Positions 1-13,106 of a stretch of DNA of 64,000 bases are shown here, one piece after another. A program made the translations under genes and the position numbers. Within the stretch, counting starts at the first letter, position 1; every line of letters starts with the position of its first letter. Source of the DNA: Amoebidium appalachense (taxonomy: Eukaryota; Protista; Ichthyosporea); assembly GCA_963693365.1 (NCBI GenBank), contig CAVNZM010000001.1, positions 502,425-566,424 of the forward strand, written 5' to 3'. The notes beneath the pieces are model-generated. The model did no database searches, was not told where the DNA came from, and saw only the letters and a program-made list of their open reading frames with translations.

Positions 1-746
1 TGATAAGGCTCGATTACTACTTCAGCTACCGTTCTAGCACCAGACTGATAACCGTCGAGCCCATCATGGGTTTTAATTTTAACGCCGGACTGCAATTCTA
101 AAACATTCGTACGTTCAAACAAAGCATTCACATGTCTACGGAAAAATGGGGCTCCCAACAAAACACTTTGAGCTAAATCCTTAACCACATAACAAGCAAT
201 ATGCATAGCCTGGCCACCTATCTCACACGGCAACACACAAACACCTTCCACAGACATGCTACTATTATTAGCACTACCTAAGGCTGTGCTAGAAGCATCT
301 AAAATAGGAATTTCCCCCCCGGCCTGATTAAAACGACGAATAAACGAAGCATGCACACAATTAACCTGAGCCCCTCCATCGAGCAAAGCAACAGCCTTCA
401 ACTTACCATCCGCTAACCATACGTCTATATAATGCCGGCTAAAACCAACTAAATCCTCCTCCAATTCAAGCAACACATCATCACTCACACCCAATCCCTG
501 CCCACGAAGACTCACACCCTCAATACCTACGTGCAACATACCTACCTGTGGTGGCTGCACGGGTGGGGTGGGGTGTGTATGTGATGTGGGTGGTGGTGGA
601 GTGTGTGTGTGTGGTGTGTGGGTGGGTGGTGTGTGTGTGTTTGGTGTATGTGTGGGTGTGTGTGTGGGTGTAGGTGTGTCTGCAACCATCGTATGTTGTT
701 GTGGTGGTGTGTTTCTACGTGTTTGTGCCTTCCCCCCCTTCCCCCT
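1..746 (-). CDS. pol: pol N-terminus (retropepsin aspartic protease) of a Ty3/gypsy-like LTR retrotransposon; runs off the window edge
   Basis: Manual translation of the minus frame (open from 746 to the edge) gives HYIDVWLADGKLKAVALLDGGAQVNCVHASF...CYVVKDLAQSVLLGAPFF. This has a retropepsin LLD(S/T/G)GA motif (Asp codon at 378-380) and an (I/L)LG motif. It lies directly downstream of gag. Confidence 0.85.
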
Positions 747-1122
747 TTACTCGTGTGTGTCCCCCCCCTCCCGGAAACAATGGCACAGAAACCCCCTCCG
801 GTGTGGTTAGAACAAACACCGGGTTGGGACAAGAAACACTGAGACCATCCACTTGTGGCTGGGGAACCTCCCCCAACCACAAAACATTCACACCATTCAT
901 ACCTTTGGTAGAGTCACCCCACAAACATTCATGCCATACCACCTCGACGCTGTCTTGAGGACCCACGACGATGCCCGGCTCCCACACGTATCGGGGCGGT
1001 GAGGGGGCAAAGGGAAGCTTAGCCTGGGGTGGGGGAGGGTGAAGGTTCTCTGCAACCTGGGGGGGACCGATACTGTCCCCCCCCCCTCCCTCAGTGACCC
1101 CAGCTTCCCCCTCCCCCGGAAC

Positions 1123-2457
1123 TCAATAGCTCTTGTAACTACGGCAATATGCAGCAGAGTGCCCTTGCCGGCCACAAAAGTAACATGCACCAAAGAAGGG
1201 GCCAGGGGGGACTTCAAAACCTTGGCGCAAAGCATAACCGGGAGCCCGGTCATGCCGGGGGGGCCCACCGTGTGCACCACGGCCCCCCCTTCCCCCCTGC
1301 CCCCCTCGGCCCCTTACACCACCATTTCCACCCCTCCCTCTACCCTGCCCACGACCACGAGCAAGATAAGGGGCAAACCTCTCGGTGAACTGCTGCTGTT
1401 GTCCTCCACGTCCACCTCGGCCACGACCGCCGTGTCCACCCCGGTCGCCGCCACGGCCACCCCGGAAGCCGAAGCCCCCTCGGCCAGAAAAGACGGCCTG
1501 GGAGAGCTCGGCAACCTGCTTGACCAACATGGTGAGTGCATCTGGCTGTTCACCCTCTTTTTTCTCTTTTTCCCCCTTCTGTCCACTCTCCTTTTTTTTC
1601 TTGTCTACTTCCATCACCTCCTTTTTATCCCTCTTATTGAACTTCACCTCGTGCATGGCAAGCAAGTGACGTTTAACATGCAACACCACCTCATCTACAT
1701 CATCATGCTCCCCAAACATGCGTGTAGTGTCTGTGTTTACAGAGAGAGCCTTACGATCAAACTCGAATTTTTCCCTATCACTCACGTCACCAGCTACCTC
1801 ACAAAGGTCTTCAAAGACCCGATATTCCCTCTCAAAGAATGCACGAGCTTCTACGGGGGACATATCTAAAGTGGGAAAGGTATACTTCCTTTCACGTAGC
1901 TGGGCCCGGAAGGTACGGCGTCGGTCGGCCGTCAGGTATCGGCCGACGAGCCGGGCCGTATACTCGAGCTCGTTTTCCGGCCGTGTGAAGGCCTCGAGCT
2001 CCCCGTCCACGTCGTCGGTGCTGTTCTCGTCCTCGTCGTCGGGGATGAACCGTGCGGCCAGACGTTTCTGGCCGAGCGTCCGGGACACCATCTCGTCCCT
2101 CCCCTCGTCGTACTGCTGCTCGTATATACGAGCCGTCACCTGGGGGGCCTGCTCAGCCCGGTACGGGTGCTCCTCCATCAGGGTGCATAAGTCGGCCATT
2201 GTTTTGTGGTCGATGCACTGTTTGATCATTAAGCACGAGGCCGCCACAGTGGGGGCCTTCTTTGTGTCTAACACTAGTGTGGGTGTGTTAGCTAGGAGTG
2301 TCCTAAGCCACCTAGGTATTTCCGAGTCGTGTCTGAGTGTAAAACTGAAAGCTGTGGTCTGTCTAACGTCTAGTGTATGAACCTGTGGTACCTGTGTGTG
2401 CAGGGAGCTATCCTCCGCTGCCAATGCGTAGAACATATCTACGTTAAACTTAGCCAT
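1123..2457 (-). CDS. gag: Gag-like polyprotein with RGG-rich region and C-terminal CCHC zinc knuckle
   Basis: 444-aa ORF ending in CYFCGRQGHSAAYC (CX2CX4HX4C), preceded by RGG repeats and followed by the protease frame. Confidence 0.88.
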   Translation of the reverse strand: MAKFNVDMFYALAAEDSSLHTQVPQVHTLDVRQTTAFSFTLRHDSEIPRWLRTLLANTPTLVLDTKKAPTVAASCLMIKQCIDHKTMADLCTLMEEHPYRAEQAPQVTARIYEQQYDEGRDEMVSRTLGQKRLAARFIPDDEDENSTDDVDGELEAFTRPENELEYTARLVGRYLTADRRRTFRAQLRERKYTFPTLDMSPVEARAFFEREYRVFEDLCEVAGDVSDREKFEFDRKALSVNTDTTRMFGEHDDVDEVVLHVKRHLLAMHEVKFNKRDKKEVMEVDKKKKESGQKGEKEKKEGEQPDALTMLVKQVAELSQAVFSGRGGFGFRGGRGGDRGGHGGRGRGGRGGQQQQFTERFAPYLARGRGQGRGRGGNGGVRGRGGQGGRGGRGAHGGPPRHDRAPGYALRQGFEVPPGPFFGACYFCGRQGHSAAYCRSYKSY

Positions 2458-3349
2458 TGTGTGGTGTGTGCCCGAACTCGTGTGGTTGTGTTTATGTTGT
2501 TTTTTTTTTTTTTTTTTCTGTGTGTTTGAGGTGTAGCAACAGCCCAGAAGGAACTGTCACCGCGTTACCCTAGCGCGAAAAACCGCACTAAAAGAAAGGT
2601 GTAGCTTGTCGTATCCTAATGTATATGTACTAGAGACGCGGCACTCTACTAAGTGTACACACACGAAAAGGAACGAACGTGTACGGAAAAACGGTAAAGT
2701 TTATTTAGACCAGGCTCCGACGGGCAAACTTAGATCCGTACGGAATGAGGCTAAGTCACAACTGAGGCCATCAAGGCCGTGCCCTCAAAGATCATCATCA
2801 CCTGGCCCCCTACGATGCCACATTCCAAACATTCCGATCTACTTTTATCGTGCGCCTGCACGAGCTAAGTCGATCTACTCAACTAATTATTTATTTATCC
2901 ATGTCTCACCCCTCACCCTCCCCCTAGTGGCACCGCAGAGTCTAAATCTACATTTCATACTATCCTCCCCCCCCTCCCTCCCCCCTTTCCTCTACATCTA
3001 AATATATAAATACGTTTGGCAACATACCCTATCAAACCTTGCCAATACTTACAAAAGGGCTTCTGCCCGAACAATCACATTCCTAAGTCCTCCTACGATC
3101 TATCCTACACACTAATTAGAATTCTATTGGTCGGCTGTCCCGGCTGACGTGGTCCAATGCCCTGCGCCGGCAGAGGCAAGATGCACGCAGCTGTACAGCT
3201 ATCTTGAGGCCCCGGACTTGATCTTGATGATCTGTGGACCCGGGCCACCCCCCCCCCCCCCCACCCGATCTCGATCGTAGACTTAGGCTGATCTGCTGAG
3301 ACGGATTAGTATATGTCAGATTCTTTGAAGCTTGCTTACTTAGGTTATT

Positions 3350-5080
3350 TGCACATCACCCTAGGTTTCAATATATTCTTCACATACACCCATGCCAATC
3401 CGCTTTTCGTAAAAACAATTCATGTTATGTTCAAATAATGGCACTGCACGATTCTATGCAAGTTGGTGCACGATATGTTGGCTTTATTGATTGGAAAACT
3501 GCTTACGATTCTGTCTCTCCTGGTCTCCTATGGGAAAAGCTTGCTGCACGGGGTGTACCACACTGCATTGGTGTTCTGTTAGAAGCACTCTTGTCTCAAA
3601 CCTATGGTAGAGCTGTGGTTAATGGGCATCTTTCATATGGTTTTGCTCGTACTAGAGGTCTCTTGCAGGGTTCATTGCTTAGCCCCTTTTTGTTTAACCT
3701 ATTTATAGATGATTTGGCTGTCAAGATTTACGCCGAAAACGATGACCCTATTAATAACTTTCCGCCTGCACTTCTCTATGCTGATGATCTGTCCCTCCTT
3801 GCCCGTACCCCTAGACGCCTGCAAAGATTGTTCCATGTAGTGTCAGAGTGGTGCAAGGCAAACCTTATGATCCTTAACATAGACAAATGTGGTGTTCTTG
3901 TACCTGATATAGCCAACAATTTACACACATTTACATTATCATCTAAACCTGTACCTATAGTTCCAGAATACAAATATCTTGGTGTTCCGGTTGATTCTGT
4001 TGGTGTTATGTTTCCCCATATGGTCGAAAAGAGGGTAGATTTGGCTCGTAAGCGGTTAGCTTTCTTCTCGGCTAATATTTTTAAAGACACACCCCTCCAT
4101 CCTTCTATTAGACTTACATTTATTCGCACTTTTGTCTTCCCGGCATGTGAATATGGTTTACCCCTTCTCGCCGCTTGGATCAAGAAAGAGAGAACTAGAG
4201 CGCTTAAACCCTTGGCAAATTTCCTTGAAGCAGAAGTTGCCTCCTTTCTATCTAACAACTGTTGTAAACCTGGGCCTGTAACGCTCTCGATATATGGTCT
4301 GGTCCCAATAGCTGCTAGAGTATCCTATCTCGCGCTGAAATTCAATAAGCACCGCATAAGCCGCTTAAAGAAGTATTTGCCCTCCCACCCTCTCTTCTCT
4401 ATCCGACCTGTCCCCTCCTCACCTCTCCCCTCTTTCCTCCCCTCTCTCTCCCCTTCTCCCCTGGGCACAAATACAAATAAACCCCGCAATAGTGTGTGTG
4501 TGACTTTGGACTGCCACTTACTTATTAAACATGTACACAATCACAAGATAATCACGCAATATAACAAATGGAAAAAGATTGACACCACACGACACTAGAC
4601 CCGATGAAAGCATACACCTTGAAAAACTAAGCCTTATGTCTCGTTTTATATACTGACCGCATCAACCATATTGCCAAATATGGCACTCGCAAATGTATAA
4701 CACCTAAATACATATTACCTTCCTGTAGAACTGGTCTTTCTCTAGCTGATGGTATTATTGATCAATTACCACGCTTTTACTGTACACGTGCTATACAGTG
4801 GAGATCTAAATAAGTATAAGGTGGCATCATTTGCATGCCCAAACAACACACACACACACCAGTTTAACCGGCCATGTATCGCCAAATGTAGTTTGATAGA
4901 CAACATAATACCGCAACACACACACGTCACATTCACAACCGACACCCAGAAAGATAGCCTACCTGTAAATTACAACATCCTTGATTTTATACTAAACACG
5001 CGTAACTACGACCTGTTTATTAGATGTATTGATTGGCTTGAGAAACACATCACTACAAAATTATAGCGCACGCGCACACA

Positions 5081-5137
<57 letters not shown>

Positions 5138-5182
5138 CCAGCTGATACCGAGTGTCCCAGGGGAGCCCCTTTAAAAAAAAAA
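3350..5182 (+). mobile_element. 5'-truncated non-LTR retrotransposon (LINE) with (CA)n, conserved 3' tail and poly(A)
   Basis: The RT frame reads QSAFRK upstream of the ORF at 3438. A disrupted C-terminal part lies at 4749-5066. It is followed by (CA)n, CCAGCTGATACCGAGTGTCCCAGGGGAGCCCC and an A-run. A homologous 3' end occurs at 26620-27000 (-). Confidence 0.88.
3438..4598 (+). CDS. LINE-type reverse transcriptase (partial, disrupted downstream)
   Basis: Canonical non-LTR RT motifs: FIDWKTAYDSV, GLLQGSLLSPFLFNLFIDDL, LLYADDL, LNIDKC, YKYLGV, EYGLPLL. Confidence 0.93.
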   Translation: MALHDSMQVGARYVGFIDWKTAYDSVSPGLLWEKLAARGVPHCIGVLLEALLSQTYGRAVVNGHLSYGFARTRGLLQGSLLSPFLFNLFIDDLAVKIYAENDDPINNFPPALLYADDLSLLARTPRRLQRLFHVVSEWCKANLMILNIDKCGVLVPDIANNLHTFTLSSKPVPIVPEYKYLGVPVDSVGVMFPHMVEKRVDLARKRLAFFSANIFKDTPLHPSIRLTFIRTFVFPACEYGLPLLAAWIKKERTRALKPLANFLEAEVASFLSNNCCKPGPVTLSIYGLVPIAARVSYLALKFNKHRISRLKKYLPSHPLFSIRPVPSSPLPSFLPSLSPSPLGTNTNKPRNSVCVTLDCHLLIKHVHNHKIITQYNKWKKIDTTRH

Positions 5183-5188
5183 ATTATA

Positions 5189-5220
<32 letters not shown>

Positions 5221-5326
5221 AATAATAATAATAATAAAAAAAACGGGGAACCCCAACTAATTGATTTCTCCTTGTAGTCTTTATGGTGTCTCGTAGAGAA
5301 AGTAAACCCTGATATATAGTCATATA

Positions 5327-5526
5327 TTCCGAGCAAAACCCCCCCCCCCATACCTGAGACTGGTTCTCTTTGCCTCGAGTAAACAGCGTAAACCCCATAT
5401 AGTCATCACCCGACATCTATGTACGTGTTCATGATATACCGCTGAGGGGATATTTCGAGCAACCCCCCCCCCCCCCCATACCTGAGACTGGTTTCTCTTT
5501 GCCTCGAGTAAACAGCGTAAACCCCC
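5327..5526. repeat. ~70-bp direct duplication
   Basis: cgagcaa(C)n atacctgagactggtt(t)ctctttgcctcgagtaaacagcgtaaacccc occurs at ~5330-5396 and ~5456-5526. Confidence 0.9.
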
Positions 5527-5603
5527 GGTATAATATACCACAGGCGGCCACCATCGCGCAAACAATCCCCATAGAATACATTATTCTTCTTCGTTTGTCT
5601 GTA

Positions 5604-5666
<63 letters not shown>

Positions 5667-5952
5667 TGCATATATCCCACCGACGCTCTATATTTTTCCC
5701 GAAACTACATGTAATGGTGCACGTGGGGGCCGGGGGGCTCATGCTTCTAAGGATATCTTTCATATCTTTCTCTATTGATGAATTGCGTCAATGTATACGA
5801 TAAATTCCTCTTTTGCCCATTTCGCCTCTTTCCTACTTTTTTTTTTGACTGTTGTTTAAATTCTTTTTATTACATTAAATTTTTTTTTTGGCTGCTGCTA
5901 GATATAAGTAGGTGCTAGGTGGGCGCATTTCTCAATCAAAAAAAAGACTGCC

Positions 5953-6012
<60 letters not shown>

Positions 6013-7155
6013 CATATACTATATTAGTATATATATATACCTACATACATACAAACATATATCATGGATGTTTTATCATGGTCAGTTTATCATGTTGTTT
6101 GAAATCATGAAAATTGGCCATATTCTGATAGATTTAAAGAATTTTCTAGCATACACGTACACTTAAGGTTTTGCCCGCTGGTGTCCTTTGTCACTTGTCG
6201 CTTTATTTTTATTTCGTAGCTTTGGCTTTATCAGTTCTATTGGTGGTTATGTAGTCTGTGGCTGCACGTTGCCTTCATCAACGGATCAATAAAACCGAGT
6301 CAAAAGAAAAAAAATTCTAGGATTCATGATTATATCTATGTCGTCATTTGCTCCGCGTCTAGGAGTAGTGATTGTTGTTTGTTGCATCTTATCTATGATA
6401 TATTTCGAACAATTGTTGTCATTTTCATCAATATATCAATAAAGTGATTATAAGGTAAGGTTTTACAATCAGAAATCTTGGGGTTTTACGAGCACATCAA
6501 TAAAGTCATTATAATAATAATAAAAAGGAATTACGTACTATTGCAGCCAGGTATAGGGTGAATGTGTCTTAGAGAGGATGATTGGATACCTAAGTGCGTT
6601 TCCATACAGACCCATCATCGATACCAGATGTCACAGCTGGCGGAAGCAATAATCGTGAGGCCAACGTTGCAACGTTGTACTAGTGTTCGAACGTCTTCAC
6701 TTTACCGTATGTGACAACAATCTACAGTGTACTCTTCACGAGGATACGAAAGACTACTCGTGCCGAAGAAACAGGAGACTTTTCGCAGCCTTGACAAAAA
6801 CTATTGTAAGTAGGCGAACCGCATATGCAAGCAAGCTAACTGTAACATTATTGCGACTATCAATAGGCATGCGCAAGCAAGATTACTGTAACCTGACTGC
6901 GACTATCAATATGCGTTGCAAAGTTGAGCATCTCGCAAAACTGGGCTATGACTACCATTGGGGCTCACTTTCGGTGTGTTGCAGTCGGTTTTCCATGTAC
7001 TGTACACCTTATATGATGACAGTCGTTGTGCATCGAAACCAAACGTGTTCTTTTGTTAGGCATGGCATGAAGAACGCCAAAGCACTCAACAAGTTTAAAA
7101 ATCTTCCCTCCGCAGAAGGCAGCTGTGGTTAGCCCCTGCCAGTGGGCCCCCAACG

Positions 7156-9262
7156 ATGACAACCTCTACTGTATGCAATGTGCCTGCTGACGAGTCCTCC
7201 GAGTTTAAAAAGTCAGGGGTCGGACGTCGTACTCTCCGTTCGCAGCTTTTGAACAAAATCAAAACGTGGTTGGTTCGCGGTGTCGTCCTCTTCGCCATTT
7301 GGCAAAATTTTCTCTCTGGTAACGCCAACGATTCTGGTGGCATCAAACAACTCAACACGAGCACCTCACTGGAAAAGCAAGGCGGCACAGTACCCAGTAC
7401 ACTCGTATCAATATGGGTCAATGAGGCTGCATGTGTGAAGCGCCGATCCAGTTTGGCATTGAACGAAAAGCGCCGAATGCTCAGGGACTCCAGGTGGATA
7501 TTGTTCAACGTGACTCGTCTCGGAGAAAACAGGGAACTACTGAACAACTGGCTGTCGCCCGCTGCCCAGTCTTGGCTAACAAACAGCTGCCCAGATGTTG
7601 TCGCTCACCATAAGCGTGTACCATACTTTAGACAACTCGACGACGACACCCTTCATCCAATTGTCGATGCCCAATATGCTGCTATGGGTGTATGCATGCT
7701 AAAACACCTAAACGATGAGCTAGAACGTCAAGGTCTTCAGTTCATCTTGGTCGTTGGTACCGCAATTGGCGCACATCGGCATCACGGAGTGATACCGTGG
7801 GACGATGATCTTGATATTGCAGCGCCCCTCAGCCAAATAGAGGCCTTTATCGCAGTTCTGGAGTCCTTATCAGCAGGTAGGTGTTATGCTTTCGTGCCGT
7901 GTGCAACAGCAAGGTGTCAATGAGCAGCAGTAGGCATGCCTAAACGTTGCAAGTGTGCACATTTTGGTGCCCGGTGTTATACCCAAGGTGTGGGAAGCTG
8001 GTGCTGTAACAGAACAGCGTGAGGCACCATATTGTCAATATTAGCCCATGACCTAAGAGCTCTGCTAACCCAGGAACCCTATCAACACCTTTCCACGGCC
8101 TGATCGTTCAGCTAAAAAGTCTTCCAAGCTAGACACTATTGCGACTTGAATCACACAAAAATGCAGCATTGGTAGCCTCGGAAATTTCGTCACGTTTGCA
8201 AGGTTCTCAGGAAAAGAGATATGCGGTTGTGTTTGCATGGCTATTCATCAAATCATAGTACATCCCAAAACAAGGTGCACGGGAAGGCGGAGGGGGGGGG
8301 AGGGGGGGGGGGGGGGGGGGGGGGGGGCGACTGCTAACTCACAAATCCTTGCGAAAAATCATCTCCGATAAAGCACTCCAAAGTATGTGACCCCAGTTAA
8401 CGTCCATACACAGGCTAGTCCTTGTTGTTGGTGTAACAAAACCAACTTTTGGTGGTAAAGTAGCATGTACTGCATAACCACGAATTAGTGCATTTTGCCT
8501 TAGTCTTATTCTCACCACAACGGCTTGTACTTTAGTGCAAGTGAGCAGTGAGCATGCCTACAAGATGGCTCTGCAACAGCCCTTTCCAAATCTCTCCAAA
8601 CCAATTTCCTGGGGTGTTGAAAGTTGTTCAGAAAAACGCAGAAACGACGGGGGCCGTGTATGAATGTAAAAAGAAGTGTGTGTTCGGTATGTGTGCAACA
8701 GCCCGGCTAACACTTACATGTCAAAGCAGACGGGTTTCGGTGGAAGCAGATGAACCCCCAGAAGATCAAGATGTGGCACGTGTTGACTCCCCATGTCACC
8801 AACCCGCACCCTATTTTTGAGTGGAATGCCCCCTGTGTCGATGTGTACTTCTACAAGGATCAGGAAAACGAGGCACCATGGTTTTACAAGGGTGATTGGT
8901 ATCCCACACACTACCTGCGGAACACTCAGCGACTTTATTTTGGTGGGGCATGGCTGCCTGCTCCAGTACGCTCCTTAGAAACCCTGTCGGTGACATACGA
9001 TGATTTGGTCTACTGTGTTGACAAAGGCTACAACCACCGCCATGAAACCACCCCCCTTTCGAATCCTTATTTTATGACCATTGATTGCTGCTATGTTGCA
9101 GAGAGAATCCCGTTCGTTTTTCGAGAAAGACACCTGTGGAACTCCACAGAGCCGTACAGGGGAGTAACCGAGGAGCTTAGGGTGGGGAACACTGCAATTC
9201 ATAAGGTGGTTTATGACGAAAATGGTGTCGGCACTGTGGTGCCTTATCCCATCACTGCATAG
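7156..9262 (+). CDS. LicD/fukutin-family phosphotransferase (nucleotidyltransferase fold), 2 exons: 7156-7876, 8730-9262
   Basis: GTAIGAHRHHGVIPWDDDLDI motif and an N-terminal hydrophobic anchor. The GT-AG intron 7877-8729 (branch gctaac ~8706) joins in frame (..SA/DGFRWKQMNPQK..) to PCVDVYFY...FGGAWLPAP...TYDD...YNHRHE. Confidence 0.88.
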
Positions 9263-9748
9263 GAAATATGTGCATCTGCCCATTCGCAGGCTTAGGACAC
9301 CCCGAGGTCTTGCCAGTAAGTAATTGATGCCGATCTTTTAAAGCTAAATCTGCACTCGTATCGATGCCTTCCATCACCCTCAACACACACGGATAACCAT
9401 TTTTTAAAGCAGGCAACTTAAGTGTACTGTCCGGTCGGTAGAAATAGCAAACCATTAAAAGGAATTCTTTTAGTATTTCGGATCGGTCTTTCCGTATGGT
9501 TTAGCGCAATGTGATGGGCTTAATGGGCCCTGCTTGACGCGAAAGGCCAAAATTTCTGGCTACAAGAATCCTCATTCAAATAATATTGAGGCATGTCTCC
9601 TGCACAGTGTGTCTTCTGTTGTTATATAATTTATCTTGTTCAATTTGTGTCGTTTGTGTCTCTCCTCTGATACAAACTGGATGGATGTAGAAGTAGAAAA
9701 GCTGATGCAAGAAAAACCGGAAAAGATGTATTGGTGGACATATGTCGC

Positions 9749-9749
<1 letters not shown>

Positions 9750-9823
<74 letters not shown>

Positions 9824-10328
9824 AGGGAGGGGGGAGGGGTGAGTGTCCCGTCCTTGCGTGTGTGTGTGTGTGTGTGTCAGTGTGTGCGAGTGTGTGCAAC
9901 CTGCTAAGAAAGAATGTAACGGTTCACATTAATGGGCCCACGGTGCTCTGTGCGCCTTTCTGTGCGAAAATGTGTGCAATGCCATATATCTGTGTGTGTA
10001 TTTGGATTCTGTTTCGTTCGTCACTGGGTTTGTTCGTGTGTGTGGGTCCAAAAAAGGGGGAAAAAAAGAATTGCTCGCCCGAGAAAAAAGACCCACAGAG
10101 GACGGGGGGAGGGGGGGGGGGGGGGGGGGGGGGTGACGAGGGTCGGTGCGAACAGTGTCTGGGTGTACGTTTGGATTTTGTGTTCGTTTGTCACTGGAAA
10201 TGTTTGTGACTGTGCGTGGTGTATGTATGTGTGCACGTGTGTGTATCACAATGTGTGTGTGTGTGTGTGTGTGTGTGCCTCCGTGTCACGGTGCACGGAG
10301 TGTGTGTCCTCCCCCATTTTTTTTTTTT

Positions 10329-10359
<31 letters not shown>

Positions 10360-10651
10360 GTGCGATATTGTGTGCATGTGTCTGTGTTTACATTTTAAGT
10401 TTGTGTTTGTTTGTCGCTTGGTGTAAACCTGTGAGAGTGGTGTGTGTGGGTTTGTGTGCACGTTTGTATCAAACCTGTGAGAGTGGTGTGTGTGGGTTTG
10501 TGTGCACGTTTGTATCACAATGTGTGTGTATATGAGCCCTCATCCGTGTCACAGTGCACGGTGCGTGTGTGTCCCCCCCCCCCTCCCCCCCTCCCCCCCC
10601 CCCCCTCTACACACACACACACCACCACCACCACCACCACCACCACCATCG

Positions 10652-10694
<43 letters not shown>

Positions 10695-11130
10695 ACCCCC
10701 CCCCCCCCCCCCCAAAAAAAAATAAAAATAAAAATAAAATAAAAAAACTCCGCAGCAAAAAAAAACAAACGCTAAAAAACCCCCCCAACAGGGCAGAGGG
10801 GGGCTCACAGGAAATTTTTGCACCGGGAAATTTTTGCACTGAGACCGATACATGGGTCAGAAAATTTTTGCACCACGCAACCTGCCCCCCCCCCCCCCCC
10901 CCCCCCCCCTCCTCTTCCCCTCAACACATGTCACAGACACCAACCCCACCCACACATCAGTCGTATGCACGTAATAGAACAGTGGGAAGGCTTGTGCGTG
11001 ACCTGCCAATACAGGAGCCTATATACATATACATCACGATCATGATACATGACTTCGGCATGCCGTCGGAGCAACTGATTAGGGTCTAGAGTCTATGTTT
11101 CTCGGCCGTAGAGTTCACTGATTTAACTTA

Positions 11131-11162
<32 letters not shown>

Positions 11163-11245
11163 CCGCCGCGCGGTCCTGTGGGTCTTTTTCTGGGCTACGG
11201 GAGGTGCTCTTTTTTATTTATTTTTATTTTATTCTTTTTCTTTTT

Positions 11246-11280
<35 letters not shown>

Positions 11281-11571
11281 ACAAAACACACCCACACCGG
11301 GCACAGTGGCACGGACACAAACACAAATACGATGTTGTGATACAGACACATACACACATACAACTGGCACATAAACACAACCAGGCACACAGATTCGACA
11401 TGTACACACAAACATATGCACATTTTCGCACAGAAAGGTATATATGGGTATGATTGAGGCAGGTCACACCGGGCACCGTGGGCCTATTGATAATTTACAG
11501 TAAATCATGCACTTAATTTCCTTCTTAGCCTGTGGCACTTACACACACACACACACACAAACACACAGCGA

Positions 11572-11658
<87 letters not shown>

Positions 11659-11680
11659 ACACACATACACACACACACAG
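9750..11680. repeat. Large imperfect inverted repeat (fold-back/MITE-like)
   Basis: aatgggcccacggtgc..cctttctgtgcgaaaatgtg (9931-9975) is mirrored by cacattttcgcacagaaagg..gcaccgtgggcctatt (11419-11488). Outer (TG)n mirrors (CA)n, and there are further internal mirrored blocks. Confidence 0.7.
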
Positions 11681-12431
11681 CGACATTTTCGGTCTTATTG
11701 ATCAACCTGTGGTAAAGTAGAAAACCTTCCCGGAGAACTTCAAGCTAACCAGAAAAGAAATACGATCTGCTGCCGTGACTTGAACTTGTTTATTGATTGT
11801 GCATAGGGTCGGAAGGCCACAACCCCCCCCCCCCCCCCCCCCCCCGTTACCATGATTTTTCCCCCATGTCAGCCTCGGTAGCCCCCAGAATATTTCGTAA
11901 TTTTCTGTGGAAAAATCTAGTGCTAATTTTCATAGCCTACGGTTGCAATGGCCCCTAATTACCGTATAAGTATGATCATATATAGGCGGTACCGTACTAC
12001 ATACTCTATTATAATGTTGTCTATATATCGTGAGATCCCGTTGGTAAATCGGTTGAACCGTGACACATGTTTTACTGACATGTTCCAACCCTCCCCCCTC
12101 CTCCCCCCCCCCCCCTCCCCGCCTTCCCCGCGTAAACTTATGACACTTCAGCCCCAGGTAGTGCCCGGAAATGACATTCAGCAGAATAATATCATGGCCG
12201 TGATACTTAGCAAAATCTCTTACTTGCTTACCCAACATCAGCACTACACAACTCTCCTCCCAAAGACGCACTGCACTCAGGTGCTTGGTGATACAACCAT
12301 TTAGGGTCACTTTAAAACCGTTCTAGAACATCAATTAATTTATCGCATCTGACCTTTCGGCACACAAACCATTTACAATGCAATTGAAATTTCGTGAAGC
12401 ATTTAGCACCCCAACACCAGCACACCCAGCC

Positions 12432-12478
<47 letters not shown>

Positions 12479-12893
12479 ATACACGTGCGCCGGCACACAT
12501 CCATACATACATGACACACGGCACACACAAAGTCAGCTGAGAAACCTCCAATATTCACCCAAACAAAAAACGTAATAATACGGTGCAGTTAAATGGGAAG
12601 GTTACTGAGTTTGATGTTACCCTATCTAATTGCACTGCATAAGAGGACTTTCAGATACGGGCCGCAGTGAAGCTTTTTAGGTGATCCGTGCTGTCTATCG
12701 GCATGCAAAACCTGCTTGTGCAGAGCCGTGTGGCCCCTCCACGGCAGTGCCACTGTGTCCGTTACTCCTTTAACATGTAACTACACAGTCAGGATGAAAA
12801 TAACTTACCTATAATACAATTAGTTTTATTTGAGGTTTCTTGAAGGAAATTACCACCTAAGGAGTCACTGAGGCTACAGGAAACCGGCCATAT

Positions 12894-12972
<79 letters not shown>

Positions 12973-13070
12973 AATGTATTGTTTTCGGGCCCCATGCAGG
13001 TGGTGTGCGTATAATAGCAGCTTTCCGAACTATTTGGGGTACAATACGGACAGTTTTAAGGAAACCAATA

Positions 13071-13106
<36 letters not shown>

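Larger units (their letters stand above)
1..3330 (-). mobile_element. 5' part of an LTR retrotransposon (probable 5' LTR/UTR ~2460-3330, gag, protease)
   Basis: gag-protease order. The upstream non-coding region has AATAAA on the minus strand (~2700). The LTR boundary and PBS could not be fixed. Confidence 0.65.

Noticed and set aside
6683-7132. 149-aa ORF upstream of the LicD gene
   Set aside because: Non-ATG start and no motifs; probably promoter/5' UTR.
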